Shown: positions 10,301-19,143 of the stretch, one piece after another
Position numbering within the stretch: the first letter of the stretch is position 1
Layout: every line of letters starts with the position of its first letter
Assembly (NCBI GenBank): GCA_965203465.1
Contig: CBDBCR010000001.1
Span: 896,001 to 960,000, forward strand
Reading direction: 5' to 3'
Length of the DNA: 64,000 nucleotides
Source of the DNA: Nitrosopumilaceae archaeon
GTDB taxonomy: Archaea; Thermoproteota; Nitrososphaeria; Nitrososphaerales; Nitrosopumilaceae
Notes under the pieces: model-generated
What the model was told of the DNA's origin: nothing
The model's database searches: none
The model's input: the letters and a program-made list of their open reading frames with translations, nothing else
Translations under genes and position numbers: made by a program

Positions 10301-11449
10301 GCCGAGCCCGATCCCAAGGAAATCGCAAAGGCGTATCTTGGCGGCAAGCGCGGCCAGTCCGAGGTAAAAGTCCTGTGGGGCTTGCTGGATCTTTTGGACG
10401 AAGGGGCAGATCTTGGAAAAAATACCGCCTGCATACGCCGGCTGCTGGACGACTGCAAGGATCATCCAGACCCCGCAGAAGACTCAGAGCCCGAGCGGGG
10501 CAACTTTATCACGCTGGGCTATACGGTCCGCGGGCTGGCGGCCGAATGCGCCGTCGTGACGGTGAGCAAATACAAGGACGCCTCGCTCGTGCCGCTCGTG
10601 AAAGAGCTGTCAGGGGACGGCGTGAACTTGGTGCGCTGCAGCGTGTGCAAAAGGCTGGCAGAGCTGGCAGACTACGACTACGGCCTGGCCTACGAGATCG
10701 CCCTGGAATACAGCTGCGAGCAAGACCTGCACGTGCAGTTTTACGTGCCAGACATGATCAGGGTGGCCGCGGGCAAGGATCCCGCCCAGGCGTCTGTCCT
10801 GCTGGAGAGCGCGGTGCGCGCAGGCAACAAGTCCGAGCTTGTCAGCAGCTACCTGCTTTATCTGGCGCTGGTCGAGGGCGAGCCAAGAGCAAACAGCCTG
10901 CTGGACGGGGCGCTAGGCGATCCGTCAGAGAAGGAGATTCGCATGAACCTGCCCTTCCAGCTGAAGCAGTTCTTCCCGCGATTCGAGGATCAGGTCCTGC
11001 GCATGTTCTACCGGCTCTTGGGCGATCCGGACAACGAAGTCCGCGAAAAAGCGTCGTTCTTCCTTTTCGGCCTGATAGAAGACAACGCGGGCGCAGACGA
11101 CGGACTGCTGGGCAAGATCGCGCCGCATCTGGACCGCATCGCGTCAGAGACCGGGCGCGAAAGGTGGGATCCGAGGCTCTTCGAAGAACTGGTGCGGTTT
11201 TTGGAGCAGTTCTGGCAAGAGATGCCCGCCAAGTCTATAGAATACCTGGAAAAGATCGCCGGCGTCAGGGAATACGTGGCGGGGCAGCCGGCTTTGGCCG
11301 ACGGATCGGTGAACGTGCTCTCGGGCCTGCTCAACAGCCCGCGGGCCGACGGAGAAACGCAAAGGTGCCTTGACATACTGGACACGTACGTGATGGCCGG
11401 ATGGCCCAATGCCCTGGAACTGGTGACGGCGATGGAAAAGCGCGACTGA
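7334..11449 (+). CDS. Schlafen/AlbA_2 domain + STAND (Avs/NACHT-like) ATPase + helical-repeat C-terminus
   Basis: ESSCDEFK, VCAMGNKDGGFVHLGV, FYVR (AlbA_2); Walker A GERGSGKS, Walker B IIFDSVD, LRNPFRL, FFHHAYLDY; HEAT-like C-terminal repeats. Confidence 0.8.
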   Translation: MLAPRRRYVDEKSGAPDRIEECDGGGFVDLASKKIPKIESSCDEFKELAYAERVETLDGLDGRRLAFEKSRRAASRRQVARAVCAMGNKDGGFVHLGVRRDGTVAGLEKDMALLGFTDYEDQMWNHIIDSIKNLVKDDAFVSTKIRAGFRNMGGSTICIIQVLPSDMPLFLHGSKNKEFYVRGPGPRSGMLKGPSMERYIFGRFRVVCDGGGVLQSVSDIARKMDRLSRGTISGISTKIRRTAIPFGDRVSELERDLVESGKVAVIGERGSGKSVLLCHAYGRLAANRPAFFVRCDQYLGVESFEELDRKIMPGRSFTDTVHGVARHAPPVIIFDSVDAIGRNKKTMDAFQYMLKEIWGNDRISTVISVRSYDYEYSEIIKKTDWGKEYAMKPLADSEVEAVLSDLGNPNVPDELRGVLRNPFRLNLLALILGKAPDADFADVRHEADLYDKHWDECVEKTDGPAEARGVLYSVSQKMLETQRVSVQYDHFGDPGQMAQICSGNVLVRNRGSLEFFHHAYLDYVVSRLILEGKGVVDFVSKDKYNMFLRPTIVFALSLLHNRDPARFTSTMERMLQSDLKYYWKISALTAMSQIGGLEGQDFSKIGALLTGEKMLQRHFLAEAAKRANPFWFELWKGTAFAEWISDPGINAYFLMGYLRSIADKVDGEDLFRAIQKIVGRLGNSSAQRHAVELAAGIDASGRADWMSKMATNEHVHVRAGLAESLPKLLDACPQAVPGIFCDLFTYEEKSKEKTTAASYGTFSLTSSLRQENMMVVWRLGELFPSLLEKDPARMVRAAVRLFEGMYSFELKRREGRIVEGGAKYSMHGLDAQSKILKSVKEHMAKCDAKDLRELAAVAGGTKLAAFRSIRMDAMVSKKEEFLQEILDDISDPQVYDVGSMTDSVRAAISAISDRLDKDQTRRLLDTVMGIRPPEGKREAWRAEAALRRRAEFLSAFPRDALEPEHLAVLDSPPPERRAPEITYELAKREAEPDPKEIAKAYLGGKRGQSEVKVLWGLLDLLDEGADLGKNTACIRRLLDDCKDHPDPAEDSEPERGNFITLGYTVRGLAAECAVVTVSKYKDASLVPLVKELSGDGVNLVRCSVCKRLAELADYDYGLAYEIALEYSCEQDLHVQFYVPDMIRVAAGKDPAQASVLLESAVRAGNKSELVSSYLLYLALVEGEPRANSLLDGALGDPSEKEIRMNLPFQLKQFFPRFEDQVLRMFYRLLGDPDNEVREKASFFLFGLIEDNAGADDGLLGKIAPHLDRIASETGRERWDPRLFEELVRFLEQFWQEMPAKSIEYLEKIAGVREYVAGQPALADGSVNVLSGLLNSPRADGETQRCLDILDTYVMAGWPNALELVTAMEKRD

Positions 11450-11788
11450 GTTTTTGGGCGTGCCGTCGACCTGACCGGGCGCGAGGTTCCCACGCCCCCG
11501 GCCTCCACGAGGGCCGTCTCATTTCTGTCGGGGCGCTAGTCTGGAACGGCGCGGATCGAGGTGCGCCGAACCGGCCGCCCGCGCAGGCACGCCTCGGATC
11601 GAAAGGCGGCCGGTGGTTCCGCCGGATCCGCGACCTGTCAGAGCTGCGGGCGAACGGGCCGCCGGCCGGGCCCGAGATTGCTATCGCCGGCGCGCTCGCG
11701 CGGGTCGCGGAGTCGGGCAGTCTTTGGGAAGAGAATGCCCGCCGGCAGGCCGCGGCGCGAACGCGCCTTTGCAAGCCCCGCCGTCCGG

Positions 11789-12118
11789 CTAGTTTCGCAT
11801 TTTTTCCACTTTGGTTCTGAGCGTGGCTATCTCCACGCCGTCCTGTTCGAGCATCTCGAATATGGGAGGTAGCAGGCTCGTGTCCCGCTTTACCGCGGCG
11901 ACGTTTGCTTGCACGCTGGAGGATGCCTTTTCCAAGCGTTCTATTTTTCCGTCAATGTCTGCCAGCCTAGCCTCGATTCTGTCGAACCGCTTGTACATGT
12001 ACTCGTGGGATGTGTTTAGGTTTTTGACGAGAGCCTTTACGAACGCGTTGAACTGTTCGGCAGTCACCGAGTTGTTGGACGCCACGGTGTTGGGGTACGC
12101 CCCGGGACATATTAACAT
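11789..12118 (-). CDS. Small coiled-coil hypothetical protein
   Basis: Heptad pattern RFDRIEARLADIDGKIERLE; start uncertain. Confidence 0.55.
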   Translation of the reverse strand: MLICPGAYPNTVASNNSVTAEQFNAFVKALVKNLNTSHEYMYKRFDRIEARLADIDGKIERLEKASSSVQANVAAVKRDTSLLPPIFEMLEQDGVEIATLRTKVEKMRN

Positions 12119-12950
12119 TGTGTTGTACTATACGGTACGCTTGCTCCGCATGCCGTGACCGGGCGTCCGGCGAGCCCGACACGGCCACTTTTGGCGTGCG
12201 CGGCCGGGACGGCCGGAGTGATGTACCCACGCCCTCGCCACCCGCACGTCCGCCTAGCGCCGAACCTTGGCCCCGGGGCACCTGCCGTCCCTACATGAGT
12301 GCGCGCGGCACGGCACCTTGCAGGATCGTTGCCACGGCCCGCGACATCGGCCTGTCCGGCTCCTGTGTATGCTTCGTGGCGCGGGCGTTACCGGGACAGC
12401 CGCCCGTCGCGTACGTGTCCAAGACGCCGAGGCCAGGATCGAAGAGCGTGTCCAAAAAGATGGCAAAGGCACTTGGCCAGAAGAGGCGGCGCGGAGCCGG
12501 GCTACGCGGTAGGCTAGCGCGGCCAGACGGCAAGGGACGCAAGAGGGGCCCGTCGGATGGGCACGGTAGCGCCTGCTTGGCCGCCCCCCGCGCTGCGGGC
12601 ATTCCGTCTCGGACGCTGGGTGGAGGTGAATGCGTGCCGAACACAACAGACGCAACTTTTATTGGCGGTCGGTTCTCAGACAGACCGTTTGGGTCATTTC
12701 AGGCGCGACGCGCGCAAGACAGGCGGCGGGTACCAGTCCGCAGAAAATTCAAAACCCGGAGCCAAGATCCCCTCGCCTTGGTATGTTTTCGGAAGATTGG
12801 AGCGGGGACTGCAAGTCAACCAGCTAAACTTCATAGAGAACCACATCGGCTCGTACGAACTTTTTGAGCGGATGATGGGCTTCCAGTATTTCATCAACAA
12901 TACAGTCACCCAATCACTAGAGGTTATGAGTAATCTACCAAATCTCGAAT

Positions 12951-14439
12951 AGAAGTCATGCGTAATCCCCCGGAGTCCGGCCCCGGGCCGGCGCGCAGCG
13001 CCGCTACACATGCATGAATATTGATAATATTACGCGGACAGAGCCGTATCCGCAAAGGCGCGTGCGGCGACAGCCTTGAGAGAGTTTCTGCCCTTCTGCC
13101 GCTCTTCGCGGCCGCAGTTAGCGGCTGCGCGCCGTCTTGGGCCCCGGCTTCTTGCCCTTGCGGTGGGTGTTGTTCTTGTCCGGCGAGCCGGTGAGCAGGT
13201 GCAGGTTCACCAGTCCGGTGACCACGATCAGATCCCTCCTCGCGGTTTTCTTGGGGCGGCGCACCCGGTGCCTCAGCCGAGCGAACGTCTTGATCCTGCG
13301 GTTGGTGTGCTCTATCTTTACGCGCCTGCGGTTCACCCGGCGGTTGTGCGCCCTGGCCTTCTTGGTCTTGCTCTCGGCCCGGGGCAGCGGCATCTTTATC
13401 ACGGCTCCGGGGTGGTCCTTCTCCAGGCCCCTGTACCCCTTGTCCACCAGCTCTACCATCTGCATGGCGCCGCTCTTCCCCTCCAGGCACTTTGTGACCA
13501 GGCCCAGGTCGGCCCCCAATTCGCGCAAAACGGTCAGGTCGTGGGTGCTGCCCGGAGCCAGTTCGCTCACGCCCATTATCGCCCCGTTGATGTTGGTGTC
13601 TATCGAGACGTTGTCCGCGATGTCCTTTTTTCTGCCGTTGTAGCTCTTTTTCCTCTCTTTGGCGTCGGTGGGGCGCTCCTTGGCCATGAGCATGCCGTCG
13701 GTGGTCTTGACGTTGCCCGGCATCGTCTCGCCCGGATCGCCGGCGGCGCCCGGCTCGAGGCCGGCCGCCTTTTCGAAGGCGGCCATCACCTCTGCCAGCA
13801 CGTTCTGGATCTCCTCGGGGGTCTTGGCCTTTCTTATCCTCTCGGCGATGTTGTCCCCGGTGGGCAGAAATTTGATCAGCACCTGCGCCACGTACTCGCA
13901 GTACCTGCTGACGCTGGTCTGGCTGACGTTGTGGATCGACGCCACGTAGTCCTGCGAGGCTCCGTGCCGGAGGTACTCCAGGTAGATGAACAGCATGTGC
14001 CTGGGCGCCAGGGCGCAGCGCCGCCCGGCGGAGCTTTCCGTGCCAGGCTTGCCCCAGTACAGCGGCGAATTCGGATCCTTGGCCATGTACCTGGCCAGCG
14101 CCGCCGCCGCCCGGTGGAAGTTGAGCGCCCTCATCCCGGTCTTGATCCCCAGCACCCTGTCATCGGCTAGGTACGAGTCTATCATTACGACGGTCGCCAG
14201 CATCACGGCGTCGAATTCGGAGAGGCCCGTCGCTTCCGCCATGAACTTTAGCGCGCGGCCCTGCGTTTCCGGCGTCGGAATGGCCCTCGGCCTGCCTCTT
14301 GCCATGGCCGCGAGGGCCCGGATCGCCGGATCTTAAGGTTTCGATCAGAATTCTTTAGACAAGAAGTCTAGAAAAGTTGATTCATTGCGCGCGGCCCGCC
14401 GCGCAAAACTGAGACTGAGGGGGATTACGCATGACTTCT
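12951..14439 (-). mobile_element. IS5-family (DDE_Tnp_4, ISL2/Harbinger-like) element
   Basis: 20-bp TIR AGAAGTCATGCGTAATCCCC at both ends; 3-bp TSD AAT. Confidence 0.9.
13118..14305 (-). CDS. DDE_Tnp_4 transposase
   Basis: HTH region, TDG, HDLTVL, DKGYRG, RVKIEHTNRRIK. Confidence 0.9.
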   Translation of the reverse strand: MARGRPRAIPTPETQGRALKFMAEATGLSEFDAVMLATVVMIDSYLADDRVLGIKTGMRALNFHRAAAALARYMAKDPNSPLYWGKPGTESSAGRRCALAPRHMLFIYLEYLRHGASQDYVASIHNVSQTSVSRYCEYVAQVLIKFLPTGDNIAERIRKAKTPEEIQNVLAEVMAAFEKAAGLEPGAAGDPGETMPGNVKTTDGMLMAKERPTDAKERKKSYNGRKKDIADNVSIDTNINGAIMGVSELAPGSTHDLTVLRELGADLGLVTKCLEGKSGAMQMVELVDKGYRGLEKDHPGAVIKMPLPRAESKTKKARAHNRRVNRRRVKIEHTNRRIKTFARLRHRVRRPKKTARRDLIVVTGLVNLHLLTGSPDKNNTHRKGKKPGPKTARSR

Positions 14440-15444
14440 AATATCCGTGCCTAGAAAAACTCAACCGGCGCGTTTACGCAGACTCTACTCAACCAAAAAG
14501 GCGTGCCGGAGGATGCTTCTGATCAGGTCATGGCCGACGCCGCCATTCTTGGGATTCTGGAACAGAACATCCTGTACATGTTTTCTGCACTTCGCCCGCT
14601 CGAACAAGGATCCGTCCACGCCTATTGCGCGCTTGTGCGCCCGGTGCTCGAATCCGTACACAAATGCTTTTTCCTGATGAAGCATCCGGAGAGCACCAAG
14701 AAGTTTTTGCTGTCAGAGACGTACGATGCGTGGAAAAGAACCCAACAGTACGAAAAATCACCCGCAACCCCTCAAGCGTTCCTCGAATCTGACGCAGCTC
14801 AGTGGGCCTTGCGCGGCCGAAAAATCACACCGGACGAATTTAACAAGTTTCGCGACAACCACACAAATTACAGAATAAGGGCAAAAATCTACGAAACAGA
14901 TACGCTGAGACACCAGCACAGTTTCTACTCGATGCTGAACACCAGCTCGCACGCGAACATACTCAGATCTCTGGAAGACACGGCTCTGTCAGAAGACAGG
15001 GCGATGAAGGTTCTCACCGATCTGTCTTTTTTCAACCTGTTCCTTATGTTCAATTCCCAGTACAAGACGTTATGCGAGCTGGGCCTCATGGAAGAGGCAA
15101 AGCGGTTCATCGTGGACGCACAGCAGAGCCTAAAAGTCCACCTGGGAGTCACGTCCTTGTACCCGGACAAAAAAGGATACTCGGACATTCTGGTTTTGGC
15201 GCCAAGGCGGAAGAAACGAAGTCGGCGCCGCGGCTCGCTGCCCGCCAGAGACCGGCGACGAGTCACGGTATGAGAATCCGGCCAAACGGCGTTTGCCGCC
15301 CGTGCTGAGGCAGCCCCGCCGGAATCCCCGCGCGGCGTTGACGGACGCGGCAGAGGCCGCCCGGGCACGGGCGGGCGCGCCGTCCGGAATCTTCGAGGCC
15401 GCATGCAAGAATAGCCGGGCAGCCAAGCCTTCCCGGCGGGCCGG

Positions 15445-15612
15445 CTACATGTAAAACTTGTACTCGTGCCTCAGATCGTCGTCGTCCACGTACGCCATCA
15501 CCTCCCCTACGCGCCTGGAGAAGAACAGCGTGATGGGCTGCGCTAGGCTAAAGTCGGCGCTGTTCCAGTTCATCTTGCTAAGGGCCAGGATCTCTGCCAG
15601 CACCGTCTCCGG
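15445..15612 (-). pseudogene. C-terminal remnant of a prokaryotic Argonaute PIWI domain
   Basis: Translated by hand: PETVLAEILALSKMNWNSADFSLAQPITLFFSRRVGEVMAYVDDDDLRHEYKFYM*; no start codon, in-frame stop at 15631-15633. Confidence 0.8.
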
Positions 15613-15796
15613 AAAGAAGAAACGCCCGGCCTACAGGCACGAACCTCGACATTTGGCGCGACATTGGTAAACACGAGGGCGACGGGCCGCGCCCGCGCGG
15701 ATGCGGCAGGCCAGCCGATGCCGGCCCCGTCAGGGCGGCGGCACTGGCCACATCCCACCCGAGATGCGCGCGGAGCAGGCGCGCCCGCCTTCCGGA

Positions 15797-15873
15797 CGCC
15801 GTTTCGGCCCGCTTGGCCGCGTTAGTGATCGGGAACCGCCCTCCAATCGGCCGACATTCTGGGTTAACCGGTT
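15797..15873 (+). repeat. Island dispersed repeat, copy A
   Basis: CGCCGTTTCGG..TTGGCCG..GATCGGGAACCG..TTCTGGGTTAACCG. Confidence 0.7.
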
Positions 15874-15916
15874 GGTATGGAAATGTATAAATCTACGGCT
15901 CGATTTCTAACAGAAC

Positions 15917-16780
15917 GTGGGGAACACCATGGATGACAGCAACCAGCTGTTTTCGCAACACATGGGCCTAGAGAAAAAAGAACTCCAGACAAATTCTATG
16001 GACAATGATCTACGGATGCGCATTTGGAACGTTATGTACAAATTTTATTTTGATCAAAGTTGTTTCTATAACAATAGGCACAAGAATATAAAATTTGTAC
16101 ATGAACCCATAACGAAATCGCAGATATTTTCAAAGATTTTTGACAGCATTTTCAAGGAAGACGCGAGTAATTATCTCCACATCACTGATGTTAAAGACAG
16201 ATTCTCTAAAATAAAATGGTATAAGGTTTATGACTTAGTTGATTTTATGTTATTAAACTTCCCGCTCAACACGGACGCCCTCCGAGACGAACTCAACCGG
16301 GTTTTGAAAGAAGAATCCGCAGGCTACCGCATCGGAGACAACAAAGTCATTCCCATAACGAACAAGCTCGAAATGGACGAGGTATCAAAAGCACAGCACA
16401 CGGCCATGGACGAAATCAACAAACATGTAAGATCCTCCGTCGCTCTCCTGTCAAACAAGGAAAGCCCCGACCCACCCAACGCCATAAAAGAAGCCATAAG
16501 CGCAGTCGAGGCGCTGTGCAGGAAAATTTCGGGCGACAACAACGCATCCCTCGGCCAAGCGCTGTGCAAGATCAAAGAGAAACGCCCCAAACTGATCGAC
16601 GGGCATCTAGAGGAAGCCGTGAAAAAACTATACAAGTTCTCCAACGACTCGAGCGGCGTGAGGCATTCGCATGCAGAGGGCAAGACCCAGGTAAGCTTTG
16701 ACGAAGCCAAGTTCATGGTGGTGGTCTGCTCTGCGATCGTGAATTACCTGATCATGAGGCACGGTGACTGGGAGGCGTAG
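15917..16780 (+). CDS. AbiJ-like protein (AbiJ N-terminal domain + HEPN)
   Basis: LFSQ..LQTNSMDNDLRMRIWN; AIKEAISAVE; GVRHSH; FDEAKFMVVVCSAIVNYL. Confidence 0.75.
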   Translation: MGNTMDDSNQLFSQHMGLEKKELQTNSMDNDLRMRIWNVMYKFYFDQSCFYNNRHKNIKFVHEPITKSQIFSKIFDSIFKEDASNYLHITDVKDRFSKIKWYKVYDLVDFMLLNFPLNTDALRDELNRVLKEESAGYRIGDNKVIPITNKLEMDEVSKAQHTAMDEINKHVRSSVALLSNKESPDPPNAIKEAISAVEALCRKISGDNNASLGQALCKIKEKRPKLIDGHLEEAVKKLYKFSNDSSGVRHSHAEGKTQVSFDEAKFMVVVCSAIVNYLIMRHGDWEA

Positions 16781-17199
16781 CCCGCCGGCCGGGCGTCGCC
16801 GGAAAGCCCGCCTGCGGGCGCGGTTTTTGACAGAAGGCGTCTCGGCCGCGGGCAGCGCAAGCCCGTCCGAACAACGGCTGGCCGACTGCGCCCGCGCGTT
16901 TCCATAGAGGCGAAACGGACTGGTCGCAAAGACGCGCCAGAGGCGGCCTCAAGATCTGCCAAGCGCCGCCTGCCAGATACCAGCAGGGCGCTCCATGATT
17001 GCCCGATCCGCCGGGTGCGGCCAGGCTGCCGAACTCGGTTCGGGTGTCGGCCGGTCCTGCGATGCCCGCCGCCATAAACCGCTGGCCCTTCGGTCGCTTT
17101 GGTCAGGCTGCGCGCGCGGGTCTTTGTCACACGGCGGGGCCGCGGCCGGCCCGCCATCCAGCCCATCGCAACACAGACGGCCAAGATACAGGACGGTAC

Positions 17200-17319
17200 A
17201 ATCGGTTAACCCAAAAGTTCCGCCGGCGGGCTCAGTTTCTGATCGCGGACGCTGTCGGGCGGGGCGAAACGGCGGCAACGCCAAAAACTCGGGCTCGTCC
17301 GGTCCCGTTCCAGGCGCGG
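17200..17319 (-). repeat. Island dispersed repeat, copy B (inverted)
   Basis: Reverse complement: CGCGCCTGGAACGGGACCGGACGAGCCCG..GCCGCCGTTTCG..GCGATCAGAAACTG.GCCCGCCGGCGGAACTTTTGGGTTAACCGAT. Confidence 0.75.
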
Positions 17320-17574
17320 ACCGAGTAGGCCGGCGCGCAGCGCCGCCGGCCGGATCCGGGCGCAGGCAGGAACCGGGCTACGGGGGGCGCGGCGCCGGCG
17401 CTGCCCGCCGCCGGGAACGCGCCGCCCGCCCAGCGCGGGAATGCCGGATATCGCCAAAGACCGCCATCGCGCCGCCGTCCAGGCAAAGGCTGAAAGCCCG
17501 GCTCCCGTTCGAGCGCGAGGCGCGCATGGCGTGCGCTCGCGAAAAGCGCCGCGGCCTCCAGGGACGGGATCGGC

Positions 17575-17895
17575 AGGCTACGCGGGGGCGGGGCCGGCCA
17601 CCACGCCTGCGAGGACATCGCCGTCATGAGGTCCCTGCCGGGCATGAAGGCGGTGCGTCCTGGCGATCCGGTCGAGGCGCGCGAGCTGCCGCTCCAGCGC
17701 CACCGGATGGAAGGGCCCGTCTATTTCAGGCTGGGCAGGAACGGCGAGCCGGACGTGCACGCGGACGCCGAAAACGCGCGGTTCGGCAGGGCCAAGGCGT
17801 CGGACGGAAAGGACGCGGCCCTGTACAGCATGCGCACCATGAAGCCGCTCGGTTCGGAAAAGATGGCAGATCTGGCATCGCCGAAAGTGCTCTAG
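17575..17895 (+). pseudogene. Transketolase C-terminal (pyrimidine-binding) subunit fragment
   Basis: HHACEDIAVMRSLPGM..PGDPVE..GPVYFRLGR; truncated and frameshifted. Confidence 0.75.
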
Positions 17896-18009
17896 TGGCC
17901 CTCCAAGCGCGCGGCCGGGGCCTCGGGCACCTGCACCGCAGAGGCCGCAGCGCAGGCCGGCGGCGCCAAGCTCGCGCTCCGCGCCAAGCCGCTACTATTT
18001 ATACAGTTC

Positions 18010-19143
18010 ATGTCATCCGGAACCGTGATAAAGATGTACGGCGAAAATTACAAGCTCTACGGGGCAGACTGTGGGACTCTGGACGAGGTGCTTGCCAACA
18101 TAGACGCAGATCTCCGCGCCGACCGACAGCTTCAGGTAACGATGCCCGTGATGATGATGGGCAAACCCGGCCTAGATCTGCGCAGATATGTGGAAGGCAA
18201 ATCCGTCGTCGTGGACACGAACACCGTCAGTATGGGCGTAAAGCCGAAATTGACAGTAACGATGAACGGTAAAAGAACGCCCAACGTGTTTGTGCCCGAG
18301 ATAGGCCGGGACGACAAGTGGGGCAAAGCCGCGTTTGCCGTAGTGAAAGACATGCCGGTCTGCGTCGGGGCTACATACGAGCGCGGGCACTTTACCGTGT
18401 CGGTGCTCTCTCCGTTCATACACCTGCTCTATCCCAGCATATCGATGGCGTTCCTAAGCTCCGAGGACATCAAATCCTCCCTAGACGCGCTTGACAGTGC
18501 TGGCTACGGCGACGTGATCGTGGACTCGTATACTTACAGATCAAAGCTTGACGACAAGCAATCCAGACCCATAAGGACGACCGAGTCGACTATGAGGCGT
18601 ACTGACAGGCCGTATCGGGAAGTGTTCGAAACCACGGAGTCGGTAGACCGGATCCAGTTCAGGCTGATAGAGTCCGGCAAGTCCGTCATGGACGGCTACA
18701 TATCGCGCAATGGCATTCTCCGGTTCAAAAGATCCTTCCTGCCTTTCAGCAGCGCCATGTGGCGAATAGCCGAAACCGTATCGTCCAAGACCCGGCTGTA
18801 TTCAAACAGGTCGCGCTCTGAGAACGGGGGCAAAGTAAGACCTCTCGTCATAGAAGTGGCCGATAGCCCGTTCAAAGACCGAGCAGAAGGGGTGAGGCTA
18901 ATCTCCACCATCCGCTCCATGAGGCACACGTCGTCAAGCTTGTACCACTCCAACCCTTACATACACATGTTCCTGGTGGACTTTAGGGACGGATCGTCAT
19001 TCGACATATGGGTCGTATCTGACGGGGAAGTGACGATAGTGCCGCAGATCCGAGCCACTGCGGCGGCCGTAGGGCGCCTCACCTCGCACATAATGAAAGA
19101 GTTCAGGGAAGGGCACGTGCGGGAACATGAGCGGTCAGAATAG
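18010..19143 (+). CDS. Uncharacterised 377-aa protein, coupled to the downstream nuclease
   Basis: TATA-like TTTATA upstream; long lower-GC ORF overlapping the next gene by 17 bp. Confidence 0.75.
   Translation: MSSGTVIKMYGENYKLYGADCGTLDEVLANIDADLRADRQLQVTMPVMMMGKPGLDLRRYVEGKSVVVDTNTVSMGVKPKLTVTMNGKRTPNVFVPEIGRDDKWGKAAFAVVKDMPVCVGATYERGHFTVSVLSPFIHLLYPSISMAFLSSEDIKSSLDALDSAGYGDVIVDSYTYRSKLDDKQSRPIRTTESTMRRTDRPYREVFETTESVDRIQFRLIESGKSVMDGYISRNGILRFKRSFLPFSSAMWRIAETVSSKTRLYSNRSRSENGGKVRPLVIEVADSPFKDRAEGVRLISTIRSMRHTSSSLYHSNPYIHMFLVDFRDGSSFDIWVVSDGEVTIVPQIRATAAAVGRLTSHIMKEFREGHVREHERSE

Larger units (their letters stand above)
12797..15273 (+). pseudogene. DUF5677/HEPN-like gene interrupted by an IS5 element; 3' part 14503-15273
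   Basis: Motifs ALVRPVLE and FYSMLNTSSHAN; lower-GC coding-like sequence on both sides of the IS; a further frameshift appears needed near 14495. Confidence 0.5.
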
